Positions 8,795 to 17,797 of a DNA stretch of 64,000 nt are shown piece by piece. Source of the stretch: a virus; the IMG/VR virus record IMGVR_UViG_3300045988_177154, positions 64,001-128,000 of that record, one strand, 5' to 3'. How positions within the stretch are numbered: position 1 is the first letter of the stretch; every line of letters begins with the position of its first letter. The notes below the pieces were generated by a model. It was not told the origin of the DNA. It ran no database searches and worked only from the letters and a program-made list of their open reading frames with translations. A program made the position numbers and the translations under genes.

Positions 8795-9145
8795 TTACCT
8801 CATAACAACTTCACAAATAATAACTTCTTCGCCATTATCAAAGTCAAAATCATCTTTGTATGGTAAGAATAAGTAAGAATCAGTACTATTATCGTAGTAA
8901 TATTGAGACTTCATATTGAATAGAATAATTAAGAGTTCTGTAATTTTATTCTTTGATTCATTTTGAATTTCAAGTTTGGATTGGTTTGTAACACCAATAT
9001 TATCAAAAGAGTAATTATAGATAGTAAAGTTAGAATGATGATTAACTTTATTTTTTAAGTATTCATAATTATCTTTATTGAAGTCTTTAATTTTAGATAG
9101 CGGAAAATTCAAGACTAAGTTTAATGTTTCTTCTTTAATTTTCAT
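8795..9145 (-). CDS. hypothetical small protein (intact paralog of pseudogene 6960-7165)
   Basis: Start set at the internal ATG 9145 (AAGAGGA RBS); overlaps the upstream gene's stop by 11 nt. 116 aa. Confidence 0.6.
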   Translation of the reverse strand: MKIKEETLNLVLNFPLSKIKDFNKDNYEYLKNKVNHHSNFTIYNYSFDNIGVTNQSKLEIQNESKNKITELLIILFNMKSQYYYDNSTDSYLFLPYKDDFDFDNGEEVIICEVVMR

Positions 9146-9749
9146 TATACCAATCCTCTTTAAAGTTATTTTCACCTTCACTAAATCTTACAGATTCAAA
9201 ATGTCCTTGAACGAGTTTTCTTACATAAAAATCATATTTATCCATAGGGAAGCTATTAACAGGTCGAACTACAAAACCTTCAATATCTTCAGTCAGATTA
9301 GCAGTAGCTTCTTTTACTACTTCATCAAATGTTCCAACCTTTGATAATTCTTTTACAATTGGGATTCCAAGTTCTTTAGCTCTTTTCTTAGTTGTTTCCC
9401 AATCTAAGATTAAATCATCTTCTTTAATTCCAAATAGCATATAATCAGATGGTAAATCATTATAAGGAACAGATTTTCTCCAATGAAGAAATTCTCCAAG
9501 TACAACTTCATTATCTTTTAATTTATCTTTAATTGGATAGTACCAATTGTTGATTGGATAAGTCCATTCTTTATTGTAATTATTGCCAGCTCTTGTAAAC
9601 CAAGTTTCTTTTCCTAAAGAAATATTAGAACCGTCCATTTTTTCAGTAGCAATTACTAAACCGTCATATCTATAATGATTTTTAAAGACATCATCATCTG
9701 TACCCTTTGACCCTTTCATATGAGGAGTTCTAGGAAATTTAAAAGTCAT
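9135..9749 (-). CDS. RNA ligase family protein (minimal nucleotidyltransferase domain)
   Basis: 204 aa. N-terminal FPRTPHMKGS and motif I ATEKMDGSN (KxDG), as in PF09414-type RNA ligases (from memory). Confidence 0.7.
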   Translation of the reverse strand: MTFKFPRTPHMKGSKGTDDDVFKNHYRYDGLVIATEKMDGSNISLGKETWFTRAGNNYNKEWTYPINNWYYPIKDKLKDNEVVLGEFLHWRKSVPYNDLPSDYMLFGIKEDDLILDWETTKKRAKELGIPIVKELSKVGTFDEVVKEATANLTEDIEGFVVRPVNSFPMDKYDFYVRKLVQGHFESVRFSEGENNFKEDWYNEN

Positions 9750-9765
9750 ATTTGTTCTCCTTTCG

Positions 9766-10017
9766 TTAATCTATATATGCTAAAACTTCTTTTACACTTT
9801 CAAATGTTTGTTCATCTTCGTGAGTTACTCCATTTTCTTCTGAGTGATAATTTCTAATTACTACAAAATATTTATCTTTTTCTGTAATTTCATAAGTTAC
9901 AATTTCAGAAGCGTAAAGTTGAATTAGTTCTAATTCATCACCTAAATCATCTAATCTAGTATATGATATTGAACTATTTTCTATTGCATCTTTCAATTCT
10001 TTTATTTTGTTACTCAT
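9766..10017 (-). CDS. hypothetical protein, paralog family D
   Basis: 83 aa. IKELKDAIE...YEITEKDKYFVVIRNYHSEENGVT...VKEVLAYID parallels the neighbouring 87-aa ORF. Confidence 0.6.
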   Translation of the reverse strand: MSNKIKELKDAIENSSISYTRLDDLGDELELIQLYASEIVTYEITEKDKYFVVIRNYHSEENGVTHEDEQTFESVKEVLAYID

Positions 10018-10029
10018 TTTGGCTTCTCC

Positions 10030-10293
10030 TTAGTAAATAAAATCTAAAACTTCTTCTAATGTATTAAATTTACTATTTCCCTCGATAGTTACTCCAGTTA
10101 CTTCTGAGTAAAACTTCTCAATTACAATATAACAATCATCTTTAACTGTAATTTCATATGTAAACTCATCAAGAGCTACATGATAGATTAAAACTAGTGT
10201 ATCTCCACAAACAGTAACAAGCTCATCGTCAACTGAGTGTCTTTCTATTGCTTCTTCTAGTTCCTTAATTTTTTCTTTAATGTTTTCATTCAT
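10030..10293 (-). CDS. hypothetical protein, paralog family D
   Basis: 87 aa. IKELEEAIE...YEITVKDDCYIVIEKFYSEVTGVT...LEEVLDFIY. Confidence 0.6.
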   Translation of the reverse strand: MNENIKEKIKELEEAIERHSVDDELVTVCGDTLVLIYHVALDEFTYEITVKDDCYIVIEKFYSEVTGVTIEGNSKFNTLEEVLDFIY

Positions 10294-10409
10294 TTTTCAA
10301 TTTTCCTTGCTTTTTATTTTAATTTGGTTTAAGATATATTGTAATAAAAAAAATTAAAGTTGTCAAATGAAGTTCACAATAAGAATAATAAAAATAAAAA
10401 GGAGTTAAA

Positions 10410-11411
10410 ATGACTTTAGTAGAGTATAAGGGTCTAACTGCCGATGTGATGTGGTGGGAAGAAGTCTCTGATGAAAAGTTAGAAGAATTAAGAAAAGAAT
10501 ATTATCAAAAACCAAGCATAAACGAAGTCAAAAAAGAATTAAAAACTATCTCTCGTGGTGGGAGCCTTATTAGTAAAGTTAATAAATATTATTTCAGAGA
10601 TTTACAAGCAAGAGTAAAGAAATGGAATAGTAAATGGGCAGTTGCTGATGTTTTTGAGAGTAATGCTCTAATGGGTATTTTTCTAGCTCGAATACACAAT
10701 CAAAATGTTTATACAAAAGAAGATGGCCCAGACATTAAGAAAATCGAAACTGCATTAAGAATTGGAGCAAAAGGAATAGCTGCACCTATTACTAATTTTA
10801 ATATTAAAAATATTGATAACTTATTGCTTTCAAAATATAATGTAAATAATAATTATTATGATTATTCTTGTGGTTGGGGAGTTAGACTTCTTTCAGCTAT
10901 GAGAAATAATGTTAATTATTTTGGTACAGACCCAAATCATGAGCTATATGAAAGATTACTTGAATTAGAAAAAGATTACAAATCAGTAGCAATGTTTCAT
11001 AACTCAACTGTTGACATTAGAAACACTGGCTCTGAAGTGCTTCATGAAGATTGGAAAAATAAAATGGGATTAGCTTTTTCAAGTCCTCCTTATTTCCTTT
11101 TAGAAGATTATAAGACTGGAGAACAATCTGCACAACAAGATACAAGTTATGAAGATTGGCAAGAATTATATTTAAGACCTACTTTTAGGAATATTAAAGA
11201 GTATCTTATTGATGAAGGTTATTTTATGATAAATATTAAGGATTATTCAAAATTCACTCTCGAAGCAGACAGCAAAAGAATTGCTATTGAAGAAGGCTTT
11301 GAATTTATTGAAAACATTCCACTTTCACCTATCAATAGATACAGTCCAAAAGATGAAAAAGTAGTCCAAAAATCAGATGAATATATTATGGTATTTAGAA
11401 AGAAGTTATAA
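10410..11411 (+). CDS. DNA methyltransferase (N6-A or N4-C, SPPY type)
   Basis: 333 aa. AdoMet motif YDYSCGWG and catalytic motif FSSPPYF. Confidence 0.75.
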   Translation: MTLVEYKGLTADVMWWEEVSDEKLEELRKEYYQKPSINEVKKELKTISRGGSLISKVNKYYFRDLQARVKKWNSKWAVADVFESNALMGIFLARIHNQNVYTKEDGPDIKKIETALRIGAKGIAAPITNFNIKNIDNLLLSKYNVNNNYYDYSCGWGVRLLSAMRNNVNYFGTDPNHELYERLLELEKDYKSVAMFHNSTVDIRNTGSEVLHEDWKNKMGLAFSSPPYFLLEDYKTGEQSAQQDTSYEDWQELYLRPTFRNIKEYLIDEGYFMINIKDYSKFTLEADSKRIAIEEGFEFIENIPLSPINRYSPKDEKVVQKSDEYIMVFRKKL

Positions 11412-11412
11412 A

Positions 11413-11697
11413 ATGATTTTTTACCATGGAACAACTACTAATACTAAAATAAACAAAATCTTATTACCGCCAAATGAAACAGGTTTGCTTAGAGAAGATT
11501 TCAGAAAGAATTTACAAGATAAAGTTTTTATAACAATCTCTAAGCCATCTGCTATAAAATATGCTAAAAAAGCTGCTGAGCGATTTGGGGGAGAAGCAAT
11601 TGTTTATACAGTAAGACCGGAGTTTAGTTCTTTAATCAAAAAAGGAACAGAATATATTTGTAACAAAGCTTTCATAAAAAGTTTTGAGAAAATTTAA
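11413..11697 (+). CDS. Arr-like NAD-dependent ADP-ribosyltransferase (rifampin-ART family-like)
   Basis: Start moved to ATG 11413. MIFYHGTTTN..., VFITISKPSAIKYAKKAA and AIVYTVRPE parallel Arr motifs FYHGTKA, IYFS..AVWGAELA and YIYIVEP (from memory). Confidence 0.5.
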   Translation: MIFYHGTTTNTKINKILLPPNETGLLREDFRKNLQDKVFITISKPSAIKYAKKAAERFGGEAIVYTVRPEFSSLIKKGTEYICNKAFIKSFEKI

Positions 11698-11706
11698 TAT
11701 AATGTG

Positions 11707-11735
11707 TTGACAAGTTGTAATCTCTATGATACAAT
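11707..11735 (+). promoter_or_regulatory. sigma70-like promoter (extended -10)
   Basis: TTGACA 11707-11712, 17 nt, TGATACAAT ending at 11735. Confidence 0.6.
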
Positions 11736-11771
11736 AGCATTGTACTTAAGAAATGAAAAGAGGAATTTACA

Positions 11772-12731
11772 ATGACTAAAACAATTAAAGGATTTATTAA
11801 AACTTTCAACAAGCACGAATTAGGAAAAGAATACAGCAAAACAAATTCTTATTTAGCTGATGCTATTAGATTTGAATTAAAAGATGTTTACAATGCTGGT
11901 TCAGATTATTCTATCATCTATCCATACATTTATGAAGTAGAAGCTAATGTTGAAGATGTTTGGAACATTTCAAAAGGACAAACATGGTTGCCTGATTATT
12001 TCCAAACTACAAAAGCTGTTGCAGTTCGTGAAGTCTCATATTTAGAATTAGTACAAGCTATTGATTTAACTTCTTCAACAAAAGAAAAATTTGAAAAAAT
12101 CTATAATGGCGATTTAACTAAAGAAGAATTTGAAACTACTTGGGCTTCTTTAACTAAGAGAAGTTTTGAAGCATTGGGCCACAATCAACGTTTTCTATAT
12201 ATTGCTTGTTTATCTCAAGATAAATATGAATTAACAAAACCTGAAAAGGAATTGTCAGAAACAACTTTAATGCTTCATGCAAAATATGGTAAATTGTTTA
12301 ATAAAGATTTACGAGTAAGTTCAAAAGTCAAAATGAACATTGCAACAGAAAATGAAATCATTAACGCTCTTGAAACAGACTTATTTGATGTTCCAAACAT
12401 TCTTGAAAATTTAGTTGAAACAGAAAATTATGATTTTGATTTTGTTCTTAAGTTATTAAAAGAATCAAATTACTTAATTTTTAATAAATTAACAACAGCT
12501 TATGGATATAACACTGGTCGTTGGGAATTTGATAAAATTGATACTAACAGAGCTAAAGCAGAATCTTATTTAAATCCAATTAAAGCTTTCAATGATTACA
12601 AAGACCATGAAGAGTTAATCTTGAAAGGATTATTATTGAATAACTTTTTAATCAAAGGAGCAGATTATTCAGAATTTGAATCTATTCTAAAAATTAAAGA
12701 AGAATTAGAAGTGGAATTAAAAACTTTATAA
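11772..12731 (+). CDS. divergent member of paralog family A (A0)
   Basis: 319 aa. YPYIYEVEANVEDVW and LYIACLSQDKYEL correspond to the family A motifs PFVYEVEVDS.D and KFHAILSQKKYEL. Confidence 0.6.
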   Translation: MTKTIKGFIKTFNKHELGKEYSKTNSYLADAIRFELKDVYNAGSDYSIIYPYIYEVEANVEDVWNISKGQTWLPDYFQTTKAVAVREVSYLELVQAIDLTSSTKEKFEKIYNGDLTKEEFETTWASLTKRSFEALGHNQRFLYIACLSQDKYELTKPEKELSETTLMLHAKYGKLFNKDLRVSSKVKMNIATENEIINALETDLFDVPNILENLVETENYDFDFVLKLLKESNYLIFNKLTTAYGYNTGRWEFDKIDTNRAKAESYLNPIKAFNDYKDHEELILKGLLLNNFLIKGADYSEFESILKIKEELEVELKTL

Positions 12732-12788
12732 GAAAAGAACAACCTAATGGTTGTTTTTCTTATGTCAAAAAAGAAAGGAGTTATTAAA

Positions 12789-13784
12789 ATGATTATTGAT
12801 TGTTATGTGTTTTCAGATGTAGCACTCAAACTAAATCACACTTATTATAACATTGATGATTACAAATTACTATTATATAACTTAAAGGATTATCGAGTTG
12901 ATTCGTTTTCAATCTTTACTTTTATTTATAAAGTAAAAGTAAATTCAGATGATGTACATTATCTTGGTAAATATGGAGTATATTCACTTAAGTATCAAGT
13001 AGTAGAAGAAGTTCCTTTTGGAGATTTTGTAGCAAAACTTTCACTTGGGGGATTAGAAAAAGCTGGACTAATGTCTATTATCAAAGGTACTATGCCCGAA
13101 GATAAAGCTATTAAAAAATATGAAGATATTCTAACTCTAAATAAGTATGGGTATTCATTAACTTTTATTCAAGCCCTCAAATTTCATGCTATACTAAGCC
13201 AAAAGAAATATGAACTACCAATCCTTTATGTAGATGAACAAGGTTGGTATTTAGTTAGATTATTTGAATATTACAATAGAAAATATGAAGCAAAAAATAC
13301 TTTGTCAAATTCTACTAATCATTGTGTAGAACAAGAAAGGATATTAGGTTCAAAAAAATTTGAGGAACATTTTGACATTCAAAATGCTACACTTGCGAAT
13401 GAAAGAGAACTTCAGACTTTTTATGATTTAATAAAAGGAAGAAAGCTAACACAAGAGAAATTTGAGCAGTGTTGTGCTGAATTTATGAATTTATTAGACG
13501 ATGATTATAGAAAGGAATATTTAGCAAAAATAGTTGTATTTTCCAATTATGAAATACCTGAAAAGTATAAAGATATATTTTTACCAGAAGCTGTATTTAA
13601 ATACCCAGATTGGATAAAAGACTTAAAAGAAGAGCATATCTCTTGGCAATATGCTGATGTAACAAGATTCCTTATGATTGGATATAAAGTGAAAAATGGT
13701 AATTACAACCTAGAATGGGCAAATTCAATTATGAATGCTAGAAGCATTTTAAAGAACGACAATTACAAATATATAGAAATTTAA
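12789..13784 (+). CDS. paralog family A protein (A2)
   Basis: Start moved to ATG 12789 (AAAGGAG RBS), giving the family N-terminus MIIDCYVFS. Has the KFHAILSQKKYELP, RKLTQEKFEQCC, GYKVKNGNY and YKYIE motifs. Confidence 0.7.
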   Translation: MIIDCYVFSDVALKLNHTYYNIDDYKLLLYNLKDYRVDSFSIFTFIYKVKVNSDDVHYLGKYGVYSLKYQVVEEVPFGDFVAKLSLGGLEKAGLMSIIKGTMPEDKAIKKYEDILTLNKYGYSLTFIQALKFHAILSQKKYELPILYVDEQGWYLVRLFEYYNRKYEAKNTLSNSTNHCVEQERILGSKKFEEHFDIQNATLANERELQTFYDLIKGRKLTQEKFEQCCAEFMNLLDDDYRKEYLAKIVVFSNYEIPEKYKDIFLPEAVFKYPDWIKDLKEEHISWQYADVTRFLMIGYKVKNGNYNLEWANSIMNARSILKNDNYKYIEI

Positions 13785-13833
13785 TTTAAAAAAGCAACTA
13801 AAAAGTTGCTTTTTATTTTTTTACAAAAATGTG

Positions 13834-13862
13834 TTGACAAACTAAAAATCATATTATATAAT
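13834..13862 (+). promoter_or_regulatory. sigma70-like promoter
   Basis: TTGACA 13834-13839, 17 nt, TATAAT 13857-13862 (TATATAATATAA context). Confidence 0.6.
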
Positions 13863-13901
13863 ATAACTACAATAAAGAAATGAAATGAGAGATAAACAAA
13901 A

Positions 13902-14681
13902 ATGGAAATTGCAAAACAATACCACGCAAAAATCAATACAGCCGGAGTTGCTTCAGCTTATAATATTTCTACTGTAACTCGAACTCTTAGCCAGGCAGTA
14001 AAAGATGCTAATCTTGCACTTCATTCAGTAGAAGTACTAACAGAAGTTCCAACAGATAACAAATTAAAAGCAGAAGTACTTGCTGCTCATACTTATCGAG
14101 TAACATGGCAAGGAAAACTAGACATTGAAGTGATTCTCCTTGTTAAATTAGTAAATGGTGCTCAAGTACTAACTATTGATGATGATTTTGCTAATATTGA
14201 ATTGACTAATTCAATTACTATTGAACCACAAGGGCTTATCCGTATGGTTGAAAATGGTGAATTATTCCTTGAAGCTGAATACCAACGTGGATTTGTTTGG
14301 AGCCACGAACACAAAGAAGAATTTTTGCTGGATTGGATTAAAGGTGGAGTTATTATTACTCCTTACCTTGTAAGTTATTACAATGGTGATAACCACATTT
14401 ACGAAGTTCTTGATGGCAAACAACGTTTACAAACAGTTTATGAATTTCTAACAAACAAAATTGCTGTTAAAGGATTGTTGTTTGAAGAATTGCTAGACTA
14501 TGATAAACGCAAAATCCTTAATCGTAGAATTGTAGGCTTGACTATGACTCAAAAATATGGTGACAACGCATATGAGCGCCCAGACATGAAAACTCTTGTA
14601 AATGCTTTCGTGAATTTCAATAAAGGAATTACAGTTGATGAAGAAGTAATCGCCAAAGCAAAAGAATTGATTGAAGAATAA
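13902..14681 (+). CDS. DUF262 (ParB/Srx-fold, GmrSD N-terminal-like) domain protein
   Basis: 259 aa. YQRGFVWS ... LDGKQRLQT matches the QR..VW / DGQQR signature of DUF262. Confidence 0.65.
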   Translation: MEIAKQYHAKINTAGVASAYNISTVTRTLSQAVKDANLALHSVEVLTEVPTDNKLKAEVLAAHTYRVTWQGKLDIEVILLVKLVNGAQVLTIDDDFANIELTNSITIEPQGLIRMVENGELFLEAEYQRGFVWSHEHKEEFLLDWIKGGVIITPYLVSYYNGDNHIYEVLDGKQRLQTVYEFLTNKIAVKGLLFEELLDYDKRKILNRRIVGLTMTQKYGDNAYERPDMKTLVNAFVNFNKGITVDEEVIAKAKELIEE

Positions 14682-14705
14682 GCAACCCCACGGTTGCTTT
14701 TTTCT
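14681..14705 (+). terminator. rho-independent terminator
   Basis: AGCAACC-CCAC-GGTTGCT followed by TTTTTTC. Confidence 0.7.
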
Positions 14706-14747
14706 TTTAAAAGTTATATAATATAATAAAGAGCGAAAGAAAGAGGT

Positions 14748-15743
14748 ATGAAATTGTTTATTGATTGTTATTTCTTATCAAACATTGTTAGAAAACCTGA
14801 CCATATTTACTATACTAATTATGATTATATGTTTGGCGAATTTTTCTATTTTGATTTAAACCTTTGTAATTTAGACAATATACGTTTTAACACGTACCCT
14901 TATAAAGTTAGAGTTGACTCAAATGATGTGTTTTATATTGCTAATAATGGCTTAAGAGCACTCAAATTTCAAATAGTAGAAGAAGTTAATATTTTAGATT
15001 GGATTGAAGCTTCATCTTTGAAAGATAGAGCAAAGAGTCATTTGAAATCAATTTGTAATGGTTCTGTACTTCAAGATAAAGTGTTAGAATTTTATGATAA
15101 AACTATTATAACTCCAACTGCTTTATTGACTACAGCTCAAATTTTTAAATTGCATGCTATTTTGAGCCAGAAAAAATATGAATTGCCTACAAGAGTAATC
15201 ACTAATGGAAATAAAAGCTATTTGCGAGCTTATGAATTTTATGGCAGAGAATATGAATTTGATTCTAATCATAAACCTTTTTTCAAAGTGTTTGAAGCTG
15301 AAGCTGCCTTGGGGTCTAAAAGATTTGAATATATTGAAAATGAAGATAGTGAAATCCTTATGTCAGATGTGTCAAGTTTTTTAAAATTAGTAGCATCAAG
15401 AAAATTAACTCAAAATCAATTTGAGTATTGTTGTATGTACAGTCCTTTTTTAACTACAGCTGACAAAAAGAAATTTGTTAATACAGCATTACGAGCAAAT
15501 TATGAAATTCCTCATGAGGGCAGACACTTATTCTTTCCCGAAATCATATTTAAACACCCAAGTTGGGTAACAGAATTAAAGACGAAACATTTAGACAATG
15601 ATTATGCTAGAGCTAGATTACTCTTGTTAGGCTATAAATTGAAAGATTATAATTATCATCATTCTTATTGGGCTACTAATATTGAAAACACTAGACGAAT
15701 TTTTAAAAATGCCGTGTATCAATATATAGAACTTGATGATTAG
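14748..15743 (+). CDS. paralog family A protein (A3)
   Basis: 331 aa; family A motifs (YPYKVRVDSNDVF, KLHAILSQKKYELP, RKLTQNQFEYCC, GYKLKDYNY, YQYIE). Confidence 0.7.
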   Translation: MKLFIDCYFLSNIVRKPDHIYYTNYDYMFGEFFYFDLNLCNLDNIRFNTYPYKVRVDSNDVFYIANNGLRALKFQIVEEVNILDWIEASSLKDRAKSHLKSICNGSVLQDKVLEFYDKTIITPTALLTTAQIFKLHAILSQKKYELPTRVITNGNKSYLRAYEFYGREYEFDSNHKPFFKVFEAEAALGSKRFEYIENEDSEILMSDVSSFLKLVASRKLTQNQFEYCCMYSPFLTTADKKKFVNTALRANYEIPHEGRHLFFPEIIFKHPSWVTELKTKHLDNDYARARLLLLGYKLKDYNYHHSYWATNIENTRRIFKNAVYQYIELDD

Positions 15744-15759
15744 ATAGAAAGAGAAAACT

Positions 15760-16740
15760 ATGAAAATTAAATGCTATTTATTTACAGGTATAGCAAAACA
15801 AGAAAATCATACTTATTATTCATTAGGAGATAATCGAGGTTCAAGATTTTATTATAATTTGAGAGAGGGACTCAATAGAGAAGAAATTAAAATAGCTCCA
15901 TTTGTTTATGAAGTAGAGTTAGACTCAGAAGATATATGTACAATTACTTCTTATTATTTAGAAACAACAAAATTTAAATTAGTAAGAGCAGTTGAATTTA
16001 GAGAAGTTGTAGAAGTTTTAGATGTTTCAAGTAGAACTCGAAACGAATTGAATGCTATCCTTAGATGTGTGAGTGATAAAGCACAAATCATTCAACAATA
16101 TAAAAAATTGCTTTCAAAAGATTATAGTGATTTATCTAGGATAGAGTTTTATAAATTTATTGCTATTATAAGTCAAAAACATTATAAATTACCACTAATT
16201 GAATTTTCTTGCTTTAGAGCATTTAAATATGTTCGGCTATTGGAATTTTATAATCAGCCACATAGATATGCTCTTGCTGGAAGGGGTTATAGTTTTGTAG
16301 CTTATAATAAAGAAAAATTTTATGGAAGTAGAATATTTGAAAATCTGTCAGATTGTACTATAAATGATTTGCTTAGAGAACACGATATTAGGGTACTTTT
16401 ACAGACTAGGAAATTGTCGCAGAAAAAATTTGAAGAATATTGTGAATATAAGTTTAAAAATAAAGATAAGATTTATAATGCAGATGAATGTGTGGGGGCT
16501 GGATATGAAATTCTACCAAAATATAAAGAGCAATTCTACCCCTATATAATCTATTCTAATCCTGAGTTAGCATTAGATTTGGTAAAAAAAGGCTTGAGCA
16601 CCAATGATTATCAAACTTTATTACTTTTAAGAAAAGGATATAAAATCAGAGATTTTGATTATGATAATAATTATAGAGTCTTTGCTACAACACAAAAAGC
16701 CCAAAAGATTTTCATGAAAAATGATTATAAATATATTTAA
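15760..16740 (+). CDS. paralog family A protein (A4)
   Basis: 326 aa; PFVYEVELDSEDI, KFIAIISQKHYKLP, RKLSQKKFEEYCEY, GYKIRDFDY, YKYI. Confidence 0.7.
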   Translation: MKIKCYLFTGIAKQENHTYYSLGDNRGSRFYYNLREGLNREEIKIAPFVYEVELDSEDICTITSYYLETTKFKLVRAVEFREVVEVLDVSSRTRNELNAILRCVSDKAQIIQQYKKLLSKDYSDLSRIEFYKFIAIISQKHYKLPLIEFSCFRAFKYVRLLEFYNQPHRYALAGRGYSFVAYNKEKFYGSRIFENLSDCTINDLLREHDIRVLLQTRKLSQKKFEEYCEYKFKNKDKIYNADECVGAGYEILPKYKEQFYPYIIYSNPELALDLVKKGLSTNDYQTLLLLRKGYKIRDFDYDNNYRVFATTQKAQKIFMKNDYKYI

Positions 16741-16757
16741 GAGAAAGGATAAGAATT

Positions 16758-17741
16758 ATGGCTGTTAAATGCTATTTATTTACAAGTGTGGCTAGACAAT
16801 TAAATCATACTTATTACTCATTAGAATATAATAAATCTTTATACTTTTACCATAATTTAAATGATTATCATAAAGAAGTGAATAAAATTCTATTAAATCC
16901 CTTTGTTTATGAAGTAGAAGTTGAGCCTAAAACAGTGATTGCTTGTGATTCCTTAGGTTTAGTTGCAACGGAATTTAAACTTGTTAGAGAAGTAGAACTT
17001 ACAGAACTTATCAATGCTTATAAATTTTCAATAAAAACGAAAAATGAAATCAATTCTATTCTTAATGGGCTTGCTGATTCATCAGAAGTAATTTCTTTAT
17101 ATAAAAGATTTTTTAAAAAATCTAAATGGGACCTGTCTAAAATTGAAAAATTCAAATTCTTAGCTATATTGAGTCAAAATCACTATAAATTACCTGTTAT
17201 GAAGATTCGTGAAAATTCTGGTATGGAATATGTTAGGATATTGAAATTCTTTAACAAACCTTACATACCCGCCTTTAGAAGCAATGATAGTACGTTTGAT
17301 AGATTTATTGAAATAGAAGAACTTTATGGAAGCAAAGATTTTGAAACTGGTGTAGAATTACCTATGAAAGAACTGGTTTGCCATATTAACTTGAAACAAT
17401 ATATAGAAACAAGGAAATTATCCCAAGAACAATTTGAAGAGTATTGTGAATATATGTTTACTGAAGAAAGAACAATATATTACACTTCTCATGCTATAGC
17501 AGCTGGATATAAAATTTTACCAAAATACAAAAAACATTTTTATCCATATTTAATTTATTCTGACCCCGAAATGGCATTAGAATTGCTTAATAAAAGGAAT
17601 TTAACTCGTACTGCAGTTATTTATTTCTATGAAAAGAATTATAAAATAGGTGATTACAATTACTCTAATGATAAAGTTAGAGAAACAAAAGCAATCTTTG
17701 TAAAAGAAGATGATTATAAATGTATTGAAGTAGCAACTTGA
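16758..17741 (+). CDS. paralog family A protein (A5)
   Basis: 327 aa; PFVYEVEVEPK, KFLAILSQNHYKLP, RKLSQEQFEEYCEY, AAGYKILPKYK. Confidence 0.7.
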   Translation: MAVKCYLFTSVARQLNHTYYSLEYNKSLYFYHNLNDYHKEVNKILLNPFVYEVEVEPKTVIACDSLGLVATEFKLVREVELTELINAYKFSIKTKNEINSILNGLADSSEVISLYKRFFKKSKWDLSKIEKFKFLAILSQNHYKLPVMKIRENSGMEYVRILKFFNKPYIPAFRSNDSTFDRFIEIEELYGSKDFETGVELPMKELVCHINLKQYIETRKLSQEQFEEYCEYMFTEERTIYYTSHAIAAGYKILPKYKKHFYPYLIYSDPEMALELLNKRNLTRTAVIYFYEKNYKIGDYNYSNDKVRETKAIFVKEDDYKCIEVAT

Positions 17742-17797
17742 TAGTTGCTTTTTCTTTTTGTTTATTATATAATATAATAGAGCGAAAGGAGTTAATT

